Positions 8,729 to 17,251 of a stretch of DNA of 36,346 nt are shown piece after piece. The position numbers and the translations under genes are program-made. How positions within the stretch are numbered: the first letter of the stretch is position 1; each line of letters starts with the position of its first letter. The DNA is from a virus (taxonomy: Duplodnaviria > Caudoviricetes): IMG/VR virus record IMGVR_UViG_3300049192_000032, positions 1 through 36,346 of that record; one strand, written 5' to 3'. Below the pieces are notes generated by a model. It worked only from the letters and a program-made list of their open reading frames with translations, ran no database searches and was not told where the DNA came from.

Positions 8729-9373
8729 ATGTCTTTGAAATCAAGGGTCTTTCTTGCGAGAAACGACCAAATCGACGCCATGTTGGCTGCGGCGTCTCTA
8801 GAAAGTGCGGTGAATGAGGGAGAAGGGTTCCAGTACATCGCAAGCGTGGCTATCCGGCCTCAGGACTGGGATGTGGCTCACGCGATTGGGCTGGCCAGGA
8901 CGAGCATCGCGAAAGCCAACAGCCTGAACAGCAGCAAGTTCCGGCGAGGCGAGAACGACGAGCGCATCGACACAGAGGGCGCGCTTGGCGAGTGGCTCGT
9001 GGCTACGCTGCTAGCAAAGTCGGGTGCCGAAATGGATGTAGCGGCGTTCGTTGAGTACAAGGCACCGAAGGGAGAAGTCGACCTGGTGCTAGCTGGCCAA
9101 CGGATTGACGTGAAGACCATCGGCCAGGCTGGCGGACGCAACTGCAACATCAACCGAGAGCAGCACTTCGCCAAGAAGCCAGCGGCCTATCTCGTAGTGC
9201 ACCTGGTCAGCGGATTGGTTGCGGATTTGTACGTCGTCCGAGCCGCCGAACTAGAAGTAGCCAAAGAGAACGGTGGGCGCTGGCAGCTTCGCCAAGGATG
9301 GAGCCCGTACTACAACGCATACATGCCAAAGCAGCTGGCCAACTTGGAGGAACCTGAAACCGCAGCAGCCTGA
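8729..9373 (+). CDS. Putative PD-(D/E)xK restriction-endonuclease-fold nuclease
   Basis: GALGE helix followed by VD...IDVKT (E...D...DxK pattern). Confidence 0.55.
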   Translation: MSLKSRVFLARNDQIDAMLAAASLESAVNEGEGFQYIASVAIRPQDWDVAHAIGLARTSIAKANSLNSSKFRRGENDERIDTEGALGEWLVATLLAKSGAEMDVAAFVEYKAPKGEVDLVLAGQRIDVKTIGQAGGRNCNINREQHFAKKPAAYLVVHLVSGLVADLYVVRAAELEVAKENGGRWQLRQGWSPYYNAYMPKQLANLEEPETAAA

Positions 9374-9516
9374 TTCACTCATTCAAGCCCCGGCAAATCG
9401 CCGGGGCTATTCTTTGTGCGCAGCCGTTTTCAACGTTGAAAACGCAAGAGGCGCTCGTTTTTCAGGAGAGATAACACCAGTGCCTATACGAGGTTCCACA
9501 CACAACGGAGCCTCTA

Positions 9517-10629
9517 ATGGACACCAACAACAACACACCCTTCCCGGTCATCAACCACATCGACGACCTGCTGCCTCACATTGCCAACAAGCCTGAAATC
9601 CTGGTACGTCCTGGTCCGCTTGGCTCGACTGTCGTCTGCTACCAATTCCAGGACAACGACACGTTCGACAGCGCCTGGGCGGCTGAATGCCGCGGCATCG
9701 TCTTCGACCGCGATGGCAAGGTGGCAGCACGTCCGCTGCACAAGTTCTTCAACGTCGGGGAGCGTCCAGGCACACAGCCTGATTTGGCCAGCGCCGTACG
9801 AGTCATGGACAAGCGCGACGGCTCCATGATTCACACCGTCTGGCTCGATGGTCAGCTGCTGTTGAAGTCCAAGAAGGTATTCAAGAACGCCCAGACCGAC
9901 ATGGCTTGGGAGTGGCTGCGTCGCCCAGAGAATGCTTGGGTGCTGGACTTCTGCCACAACATGGCCAGCCAGAACGACACCTGCATCTTCGAACTGACCA
10001 GTCCATCTAACCGTATCGTTGTTGGCTACCCAGACACAGACATGCGGCTGCTGCACGTTCGCAAGAACGACACCGGCGAGTACTACAGCGGCGAGGCGCT
10101 GCGCATGATTGCCAAGGGCGTCTACGATGTCCGCCTGGTCGATGAGTACAACGGCATTGCGGACATCGGTCAGACTCTCGCTGACATGAAGGACGCTGAA
10201 GGCTTTGTGCTGCAGTTCGCCAACGGCGACATGGTCAAAGCCAAGTGCCCTTGGTACCTGAACCTTCACCGCACGCTGTCGTTCACCCGTGAACGCGACA
10301 TCGCGGAAGCCGCTCTGGAAGAACGCCTCGACGACATCAAGAGTGCTTTGACGACAACAGGTGTTGACCTCACCGCAGTCAATCGCATTGAGAGCCTGGT
10401 GAAGACCATCCTGCTCCAGACTCAGCAGCACATCACCGTGGTGCTCAATGACGACAAGGACCTTGACCGCAAGGACTTTGCCATCAAGCACAAGGGACAC
10501 CCTGCTTTCGGGATGCTGATGGCCGCCTACCAAGGCAAGGAGCCTGACTACAAGGACTGGTTCCGCAAACACGTGCTCAAAGAGGCGTTCAGCCTCGAGC
10601 CCGTCGGTGCAGTGGTTGCCGATGACTGA
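9517..10629 (+). CDS. T4 Rnl1 (RnlA)-family RNA ligase
   Basis: ECRGIVFD, RPLHKFFN, motif I KRDGS, FELTSPSNRIVV, EGFVL, VKAK. Confidence 0.9.
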   Translation: MDTNNNTPFPVINHIDDLLPHIANKPEILVRPGPLGSTVVCYQFQDNDTFDSAWAAECRGIVFDRDGKVAARPLHKFFNVGERPGTQPDLASAVRVMDKRDGSMIHTVWLDGQLLLKSKKVFKNAQTDMAWEWLRRPENAWVLDFCHNMASQNDTCIFELTSPSNRIVVGYPDTDMRLLHVRKNDTGEYYSGEALRMIAKGVYDVRLVDEYNGIADIGQTLADMKDAEGFVLQFANGDMVKAKCPWYLNLHRTLSFTRERDIAEAALEERLDDIKSALTTTGVDLTAVNRIESLVKTILLQTQQHITVVLNDDKDLDRKDFAIKHKGHPAFGMLMAAYQGKEPDYKDWFRKHVLKEAFSLEPVGAVVADD

Positions 10630-10746
10630 CCGTTTTCAACGTTGAAAACGCAGGCCCCTCCCCGGGGCCTTTCCTTTTTCAGGTGCAGATAACTGGTTGC
10701 TACACGTAGTGCAGCACTTCCGCTGCTCACACAACGGAGAACAACC

Positions 10747-11220
10747 ATGAAACTCACCCCTGACTACATCGCTTCCCAGGTGCTGACCTGCGCCTTTGAA
10801 TATGATGGCACGCACACCACTTGCCGCATCACGACCCGCCACGGCTCTCGGCACACCGGCGAGTCCGCCTGCCTGGACCCTGCCAACTACAACCGCGAGA
10901 TTGGCGAGCAGATTGCGCACAAGAACGCGCTCGACAAGCTGTGGGACTTGGAAGGCTACTTCATCAACAAGCTGGGCCTGTGCCATGTTCCGGGTCAGCT
11001 GACAGACGCCGATGACCTGCACTTTTACACGGACGAAGGCTACCCGCTGGGCGACGGTCTGCATCACAGCCAGGTGACGGTGCGCTTGGTAACCAAGACA
11101 GAGCCAAAGCCTGCGAACCAATACGTCATCCAACACGGAGACCTGGAAAAGTCTCCTGAGTTCGGACGCATGGTCGTAGAGGCCATCCTGGCAAACAAAG
11201 GACGTCTCGGCGTTCGCTGA
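10747..11220 (+). CDS. Phage gp49/gp66-family protein with a C-terminal extension (candidate Acb4-like nucleotide sponge)
   Basis: Family signature GESACLDPANYNREIGEQIAHKNALDKLWDLEGY. Confidence 0.75.
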   Translation: MKLTPDYIASQVLTCAFEYDGTHTTCRITTRHGSRHTGESACLDPANYNREIGEQIAHKNALDKLWDLEGYFINKLGLCHVPGQLTDADDLHFYTDEGYPLGDGLHHSQVTVRLVTKTEPKPANQYVIQHGDLEKSPEFGRMVVEAILANKGRLGVR

Positions 11221-11368
11221 ACCACCACTGACAACAAGGCCCGCTTCGGCGGGCTTCTTCATTTTCAACGCCCGTTTTCAACGTTGAAAAAGTGTTGAAA
11301 ACCGCCCTCGGCCCGGACTTATCTGTTTGGCTACACGAAGCACCAACAACAACACAAGAGGTGCTGCC

Positions 11369-11890
11369 ATGAACCATCTGTCCGAAGTCTTGCTGACAAA
11401 TATGCCCTGGGGGCTGCGTGCAGCTACCGGCCACTTCCTGCCGCTTCTGCTGGCGCTGATTTCACTTGGTCAGCTGCTGCCTCACTGGCGTAGCAAGCAC
11501 ACGCCGGCGTTCGTAGGCGGGATGATTCTGGCGGGCGGACTGCTGTACCTCACCTCGAGCATCTCCATCAAGTACATCGGTGGTGGCCACTTCTCGATTG
11601 CCGTGCTCATGATGCCCTTGGCTGCTGCTTGCATCGCCGGCGCGATTGCATTTACCTGCCAGGAACGCATTCCAGCCACGGCCGTCTGGGCCGGAGCCTT
11701 CTTCCCGGTCTATGTGGTCGACCTCATCCGCACGAATCAAATCTTCAAAGAGTTCTGGACAGGCATGCATGGCGTCGGTGGTGCCGGACCTCTGGACGCA
11801 CTGCTCTTCACGCCGGCTCTTGCTGTCGTCGGATGCTTGGCGTTCCAGTTTGCAGCTAAGACATGGAACCGGGTCGTGCTGAAGTCCTGA
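11369..11890 (+). CDS. Polytopic membrane protein (weakly DUF1614-like)
   Basis: About five hydrophobic segments and a C-terminal GVGGAGPLDALLF motif. GAGG RBS with ATG 11369. Confidence 0.65.
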   Translation: MNHLSEVLLTNMPWGLRAATGHFLPLLLALISLGQLLPHWRSKHTPAFVGGMILAGGLLYLTSSISIKYIGGGHFSIAVLMMPLAAACIAGAIAFTCQERIPATAVWAGAFFPVYVVDLIRTNQIFKEFWTGMHGVGGAGPLDALLFTPALAVVGCLAFQFAAKTWNRVVLKS

Positions 11891-11980
11891 CGCGTTTTCA
11901 ACGTTGAAAACGGAGCCCTCTTCGGAGGGCTTTTTCTTGCCTGTTAGCTACACGAGGCATCTACCCACAAGGTGCCTCCA

Positions 11981-12223
11981 ATGACTTCTGCTCGCAAATC
12001 CTCTTCGCGCCTGAGCGCAAAACTCTCTGCTGCCAAGCGCAGCTTCACGGCTTGGTTCTCTGTGTCCGTGCCCATCGTGCTGGCCGCTGCTGAAGCGCTC
12101 AAGGACAACCTTGGCAGCCTCGATGAGTACCTGAATGGCTGGGGCAAAGTCGCAGCTGCCTGCGTCGTGTCAGCCATCGTGGTCGCTCTGCGCGTGCGTG
12201 CGGCCGGCAAGTCGGAGGACTAA
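11981..12223 (+). CDS. Putative holin
   Basis: About 80 aa, basic N-terminus, two hydrophobic segments, directly upstream of the spanins. Confidence 0.6.
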   Translation: MTSARKSSSRLSAKLSAAKRSFTAWFSVSVPIVLAAAEALKDNLGSLDEYLNGWGKVAAACVVSAIVVALRVRAAGKSED

Positions 12224-12642
12224 TGCCTTTCGTGTTCGCAGGCTATGTCATGTCAGCGCTGAAGTCTGCCCTCGGCTCCTGGCGGCTCTGGCTGGCGCTC
12301 GGTGTCGCTGCTGCATTCGCAGTGGTGGCCGGCACCGCGTATCTGCGCGGCAAGGACATTGAGACGCTCAAAGCCGAGAAGGCAACCTTGGCTACCAAGC
12401 TGGAAGCTACTGGAAAGTTGCTTTCTGAGCAGAACCGAGCCGTCGCCAACCTCAAGGCCGCCTCCGACGAACAAGCCGCACGCGCTGCCAACGCTGCCAA
12501 GACTGCGCAACGCGCCATCGGCGCCGCCAACGCACGCATTGCCGTCCTGCAACGAGCCACGGTCCCCACCGCGTGCCCTGATGCACTGGAGTGGCTTCGT
12601 GACCAAGCTTCCAGGTCCGCACTTCCTCGGGAGGCTCAATGA
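12223..12642 (+). CDS. Inner-membrane spanin (Rz-like)
   Basis: N-terminal TM, long Ala-rich coiled coil, C-terminal Cys. Confidence 0.75.
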   Translation: MPFVFAGYVMSALKSALGSWRLWLALGVAAAFAVVAGTAYLRGKDIETLKAEKATLATKLEATGKLLSEQNRAVANLKAASDEQAARAANAAKTAQRAIGAANARIAVLQRATVPTACPDALEWLRDQASRSALPREAQ

Positions 12643-12929
12643 CTTCGCGCAAACATCTTTTGGTCGCAATCGTAGCTACCAGCTTGGCCCTGGCGGGCTG
12701 CGCTTCGACTGGCCCTCAACTTCCAGAGCGCGTCCTCATTCCGGTGGCTGCCGAGTGCCCAGTTCCAGACATTCCAGCACAGCCGACCCCTCCGGCGGCG
12801 CTACACGATAAGAGCGCACCGGATGCAGAGAAAGCCCGGGCGCTCGCCGTTTACATCGACCAACTAACCGGCCACATCGACGCACTCACAGCGCTGCTGC
12901 GTGGCTACCAACCGAACACACACAAATGA
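12639..12929 (+). CDS. Outer-membrane spanin (Rz1-like lipoprotein)
   Basis: Lipobox LAGC, Pro-rich region with second Cys, 4-nt overlap with the i-spanin. Confidence 0.75.
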   Translation: MTSRKHLLVAIVATSLALAGCASTGPQLPERVLIPVAAECPVPDIPAQPTPPAALHDKSAPDAEKARALAVYIDQLTGHIDALTALLRGYQPNTHK

Positions 12930-13201
12930 GCGAGCCAAACAACGACATCGCCATCGCGCGGATGCAACTGCAGCTGGAGCACGTCATCGGCAGTCTCGAT
13001 GAAATCAAAGCCGGCCTGAAAACAGACATTGCCGACCTGCGCCAGCGAGTCAGCGTCCTGGAGCGCGAGCGCATCCAGCGTGAGGCTGAGATGAAAGCGG
13101 CGGTGCGCACTGGGAAGTTCTTCTGGTCGGCAATCGTGGTTGTGTCCGGCTTGGCCTGGTCGTTGGTGCAAGTCGCAGCCAAACACCTCGGGTGGTTCTA
13201 A
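12926..13201 (+). CDS. Coiled-coil protein with C-terminal TM (holin or antiholin-like)
   Basis: Heptad pattern then FFWSAIVVVSGLAWSLV, located in the lysis cluster. Confidence 0.6.
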   Translation: MSEPNNDIAIARMQLQLEHVIGSLDEIKAGLKTDIADLRQRVSVLERERIQREAEMKAAVRTGKFFWSAIVVVSGLAWSLVQVAAKHLGWF

Positions 13202-13299
13202 TGCCTACCGTCATCTTCTTGGCCCATGTAGCAGTCGCCTTCGGATGCATCGCGCTTCCGGTGCTGCTGGCGCTGCTTGCCATCACCGCACGCCGCTGA
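13201..13299 (+). CDS. 32-aa single-TM peptide (MPTVIFLAHVAVAFGCIALPVLLALLAITARR)
   Basis: TAATG coupling, hydrophobic, followed by a hairpin near 13322-13345. Confidence 0.45.
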   Translation: MPTVIFLAHVAVAFGCIALPVLLALLAITARR

Positions 13300-13388
13300 C
13301 ATCCACCCTGGTCAGCTACGGTCCCTGCAATCTGCGGGGGTTTCGTGCTTCGCCGCCTTAGCCGTCTCTGTTAGCTAGACAGAGAACA

Positions 13389-13964
13389 ATGGCTAAGAAA
13401 AAACACACCCCAAAAACTCGCACGCACTCCGGCCCTATGTCCTCGACGGGGCCTGTTGCTGTTCGTGCCGAGGTTCTGCGCTCTGAAGCGCTACGGATGC
13501 GCCGTGCTGGCATGTCCTGTCCCGATATCGGCACCGCTCTTGGCGTGACACGCGTCCGGGCCTGGCAGCTTGTCGTCGAAGCTATGGACGAACTGCGGGC
13601 CGAGACGCTGCAGGAAGCCGCGGACTGGCGCATCGACCTCACCGACGAGCATCGCGAGAACCTGAAGCGCGCCAAAGAACTGCGAGACAACGTCGACCCA
13701 GACATTGCGGCCAAGGGCATTGCACAGGGCACGGCCATCCTGGGCAAGCTGGCCGACCTATGGGGCGCCAACGCTCCAACCAAGATTGCAGCCACCAACC
13801 CAGACGGCACGGCGTCCGCAGTGTTTGCCGTCCCTGTGGCCATGGCCATGGGCGACTGGGCAAGCCAGGCGCAAATCGTCCTCGAGCAGGGTGAGGAGGC
13901 CGCAAAACAACTGACCGAGAGCACGTCCGATGGTAGTGGCGCCGACAACAGCACTACCGTCTAA
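13389..13964 (+). CDS. terS: Terminase small subunit (HTH)
   Basis: HTH ALRMRRAGMSCPDIGTALGVTRVRAW, overlaps terL. Confidence 0.75.
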   Translation: MAKKKHTPKTRTHSGPMSSTGPVAVRAEVLRSEALRMRRAGMSCPDIGTALGVTRVRAWQLVVEAMDELRAETLQEAADWRIDLTDEHRENLKRAKELRDNVDPDIAAKGIAQGTAILGKLADLWGANAPTKIAATNPDGTASAVFAVPVAMAMGDWASQAQIVLEQGEEAAKQLTESTSDGSGADNSTTV

Positions 13965-15393
13965 GGCTCCGACGGCTGCTGCTTTCGATGTCATCTGGAA
14001 GCCGCTACCGAAGCAAGCCCTGGCCATCTCATGCCCCGCGGACATCGTGCTGTTCGGCGGGGCTGTTGGCGGTGGCAAGACAGACTGTCTGCTCGGCAAG
14101 TGGGTAGCACACGCACTCGAATACAAACACTGGGCCTATGGCCTCATCGTGCGCCGAACGATGCCGGAACTGCGCGAGGTCATCAAGCGCTGCAAACGGC
14201 TGTTCCCAAAACTTGGAGCCACTTGGCACGGTGACTCGAAGACCTGGACCTTCCCAAACGGCGCAGTCCTGCAGCTGGGCTACCTCGAGAACGAGGATGA
14301 CGCCAGCCGGTATTGGGGTTCGGAGTACACGTTCATCGGCGTTGACGAGGCCGGCTACTACCCGGACCCATCGCCAATTGACAAGGTGGCAAGCCGTCTG
14401 CGTTCGGTGGCTCCGCCTGAAATCAATGTTCGCTGCCAGCTGTACCTGACGGCCAACCCTGGCGGTTCTGGCCATGCCTGGCTGAAGACTCGCTTCATCG
14501 AAGGCAAGCTGCCATGCGTGCCTTGGATTGACAGCGTCACGGGGCTTTCGCACGTCTATATCCCGTCCTACCTGACTGACAACCCATGGTTGATGCGGGA
14601 CAAGACCTACGTGGGCCGCATCAAAGGCTCCGGTCCATCGTGGTTCGTCCAAGCCCTGCTTCGTGGCGACTGGTCTGTATCGGTCAATGGAAAAATCTTC
14701 CTGCGTGAGTGGTTCTCTGACAACCGCTATGCCAAGGAACCGCCCCCAGGCTCAGTCCTGCAAGTCATCCAGTCGTGGGACTTGGCCAACAAGGACGGCG
14801 AGAAGAACGACCGCAGCGCATGCACTACCTGGGCCATCACCGAGAAGGCGGCCTACTTGGTCCACAGCTGGGCCGGACGCATCTCGTTCCCGGAGCAGGT
14901 TCGCAAGATGAAGGACCTGGCTGCACGCCAGTTCTGTGGACAACGGCCGGCGGTTGTACTCGTCGAAGACAAGGGCAACGGCATTGCCCTCATCCAGCAA
15001 CTGAAGCGGGAAACGTCGCTGCCCATCATCGCCATTGACCCGGGCCGAGTGGCCAAAGAAGCCCGTGCCATCGCGCAGTCGCTGCACTTCGAAGCCGAGC
15101 CACGGACCATCCTGTTCCCGCAACAAGCTGAGTGGCTGGATGAACTGGTCGAGGAACTGTGCGCCTTCCCGAAAGTCGCTCACGACGACTTGGTGGACAG
15201 CGTGGTGCAGGCCATCGCCTACATCTTCAAACGCTTCAACCTGTCCGGAGTGGCGACCGCTCTCGGTCTGGCTGTGGTTGGAAAGCCAATCCCTGGCGCG
15301 AAGACCAAGCCATCACGCGAGGCAGCACGAACGGCAGCTGAGTACGAGTCTTACGACGACCACGAGACAGCTAGCGAGCCCTGCGGCTTCTGA
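13930..15393 (+). CDS. terL: Terminase large subunit
   Basis: Walker A GGAVGGGKT, Walker B IGVDEA, TANPGG, nuclease motifs QSWD and FPKVAHDDLVD. Confidence 0.93.
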   Translation: MVVAPTTALPSKAPTAAAFDVIWKPLPKQALAISCPADIVLFGGAVGGGKTDCLLGKWVAHALEYKHWAYGLIVRRTMPELREVIKRCKRLFPKLGATWHGDSKTWTFPNGAVLQLGYLENEDDASRYWGSEYTFIGVDEAGYYPDPSPIDKVASRLRSVAPPEINVRCQLYLTANPGGSGHAWLKTRFIEGKLPCVPWIDSVTGLSHVYIPSYLTDNPWLMRDKTYVGRIKGSGPSWFVQALLRGDWSVSVNGKIFLREWFSDNRYAKEPPPGSVLQVIQSWDLANKDGEKNDRSACTTWAITEKAAYLVHSWAGRISFPEQVRKMKDLAARQFCGQRPAVVLVEDKGNGIALIQQLKRETSLPIIAIDPGRVAKEARAIAQSLHFEAEPRTILFPQQAEWLDELVEELCAFPKVAHDDLVDSVVQAIAYIFKRFNLSGVATALGLAVVGKPIPGAKTKPSREAARTAAEYESYDDHETASEPCGF

Positions 15394-15493
15394 GCAGGGG
15401 CTTATCCGGCCGCTAGACCTGGCTACTCTCTACACGGGGAAGACGTCAACAGGTCGCTGTTGACACGTGCTGTTGACAACTCTTCCCCGCCAA

Positions 15494-17251
15494 ATGACCA
15501 ACCGAATCCACACTGCTAAAGCGCTTCGAGATGAAGGCGCTACCTACTCCGCCATTGGCGATGCCTTGGGCGTCAGCCGTCAGCGCGCCTATTCGATGGT
15601 GCGCCAAGCTGAGAACCTAGCCAGCTTCACCAACGTGAACGACCCGGCAGTTCCTCGCAAATCAGGAGAACTTCTTGCGTCGCCAACGGCCCCGTATGAA
15701 GGCGGCAAGCCCATCACTGTGGAAGGCACGCGCCTGGCCTATGACATCACACCCGCGGGAAGCTGGACGTTCACCAAGCTTGTTGCTGTTCTCGAGCAAC
15801 TGCGCCAGGGCTACGACCCATTGCAGTACTACGCCCTTGGCGAAGAAATGCTGGAGCGCGACAGCAATTTGCGCTCGTTGCTGGATATCCGTGTCTCTCA
15901 GACCGCCAACCAGCCACTGATTGCAGACGTATCAACGGCCAGCCTGCTACGTGAGAAGAAGAAGACGCAAGAGGGCATCGACATGCTCCTGGCTGCGGGA
16001 CTGCGCGAACTCATGCCGCAGATTCTGGCTGCCCGTCATTACAGCGTGTGCATTTTGGAGGCCGAATGGGAACTGACACCGACCGCACGCACCATCAAGA
16101 AATTGCACTGGCGCGACCCTAAATTCTTCGTCTTTGACCGGCAAGACCCACGCAAGCTGTACATCAAGCCGTCCGTGCCGAACGGCGAACTGGTAGAGGC
16201 CCCAGCTGGTCGCTTCATCGTCGTGTTCGCCAACGGCAAACCAGGCACTCCTGTCCGGTCGGGCCTGGCATTGCCTGCGGCATGGGAGTACGTGAAGAAG
16301 AGCATCTGCGAATTCGATTGGACGCGCTTCTTGAATCGCTACGGCAAGCCGACGCCGGTCATTACCGTGCCAGAGGAGCGCAAGCAGATGACTCCGAAGG
16401 AGCGTGCAGCCCTTCGCACGTTGGCCATGCAGCTGGGTACAGACACGGTGGCCATCCTCGAGGGCGGCATCACTGTTGACTTCCCCAAAGACAGCAGTGT
16501 TGCCGGCTCTTCCGACGCTTTTGAGAGCAAAGTCCGCTACCACGACGAGCAAGTTTCAAAGCTGTACTTGGGCGGGGCTCTGTCGAACGGGACGGGCAAC
16601 ACCGGCAGCGGTGGTAGCCAGGCCTTGGGCAGCGTGCATGCTGAACTGCGCTACGACCTGCAGAAGGCCGACGCGCAGCTGGTAGCCAGTGCGGCCAACG
16701 AAGCCTTGTTCTGGTGGGCCGTCTTCAACGGCGGTCCTGAGGCATTCGTGCCCAAGGTCAAGCTGGAACTCGACGAGCCAGAAGACAAGGTGGCTGCGCG
16801 TGAGAACGCTAAGGCCGCTCACGAAATGGGCCTGCCGCTGTCCATCAGCAAGACCGCCGAGCAATTGGGCGTGTACTTGGCCGAAACGCCTGAGGACACG
16901 CTGGCGCCCGCTGGTAACGCGCAGCCAAGCGCAGCTGGTGCAGCCTTGTCGGCCGCCATTGGCGCCGCGCGCCCATGCCCAGTCCACACACCGGCGCTGT
17001 TCGCAGCACAAGGTCCCCAGCGCGACGCTATTGACGACCTAGCTGACCAGATGCTGGCCGACTACCAGGCTATCGACGGCGACACCAACGCCCAACTGGC
17101 CGAAGCCGTGCTGAACGCTGGCTCGGTAGACAAGGCGATTGAGGCGCTTCTGAATGTGGTGGAGTCTGGTGACGTTGCGACGTTGCAGGCGCTGTTCACG
17201 TCGAAGCGCACCGCAACCCACGCAGCTGGCAAGCTTGGCGGAGAGGTCTGA
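15494..17251 (+). CDS. Mu gp29-like (DUF935) portal protein with an extra N-terminal HTH
   Basis: EEMLERD, W..F..RYGKP, SKLYLGGALS and GGSQALGSVH motifs. N-terminal GATYSAIGDALGVSRQRAY. Confidence 0.85.
   Translation: MTNRIHTAKALRDEGATYSAIGDALGVSRQRAYSMVRQAENLASFTNVNDPAVPRKSGELLASPTAPYEGGKPITVEGTRLAYDITPAGSWTFTKLVAVLEQLRQGYDPLQYYALGEEMLERDSNLRSLLDIRVSQTANQPLIADVSTASLLREKKKTQEGIDMLLAAGLRELMPQILAARHYSVCILEAEWELTPTARTIKKLHWRDPKFFVFDRQDPRKLYIKPSVPNGELVEAPAGRFIVVFANGKPGTPVRSGLALPAAWEYVKKSICEFDWTRFLNRYGKPTPVITVPEERKQMTPKERAALRTLAMQLGTDTVAILEGGITVDFPKDSSVAGSSDAFESKVRYHDEQVSKLYLGGALSNGTGNTGSGGSQALGSVHAELRYDLQKADAQLVASAANEALFWWAVFNGGPEAFVPKVKLELDEPEDKVAARENAKAAHEMGLPLSISKTAEQLGVYLAETPEDTLAPAGNAQPSAAGAALSAAIGAARPCPVHTPALFAAQGPQRDAIDDLADQMLADYQAIDGDTNAQLAEAVLNAGSVDKAIEALLNVVESGDVATLQALFTSKRTATHAAGKLGGEV

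Larger units (their letters stand above)
4464..11910. repeat. Ten dispersed exact copies of the 16-bp palindrome TTTTCAACGTTGAAAA
   Basis: Copies start at 4464, 4675, 6051, 6526, 8185, 8553, 9427, 10633, 11275 and 11895. Several extend to 20 bp (CG...CG). None seen elsewhere in the window. Confidence 0.95.

Noticed and set aside
9514-10572. Long minus-strand ORFs opposite real genes (also 20411-21424, 21539-22528, 29034-29798, 33161-33862)
   Set aside because: Antisense shadows of high-GC coding frames, with no RBS or recognisable motifs.
4464-11910. Palindrome series as a CRISPR or mini-CRISPR array
   Set aside because: Repeats are only 16-20 bp, spaced irregularly 0.2-1.7 kb apart with whole genes between them. 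No cas genes.
2961-11910. Cassette region as an integron with attC sites
   Set aside because: No tyrosine integrase (IntI), no RYYYAAC...GTTRRRY attC boxes, and cassettes carry their own promoters.
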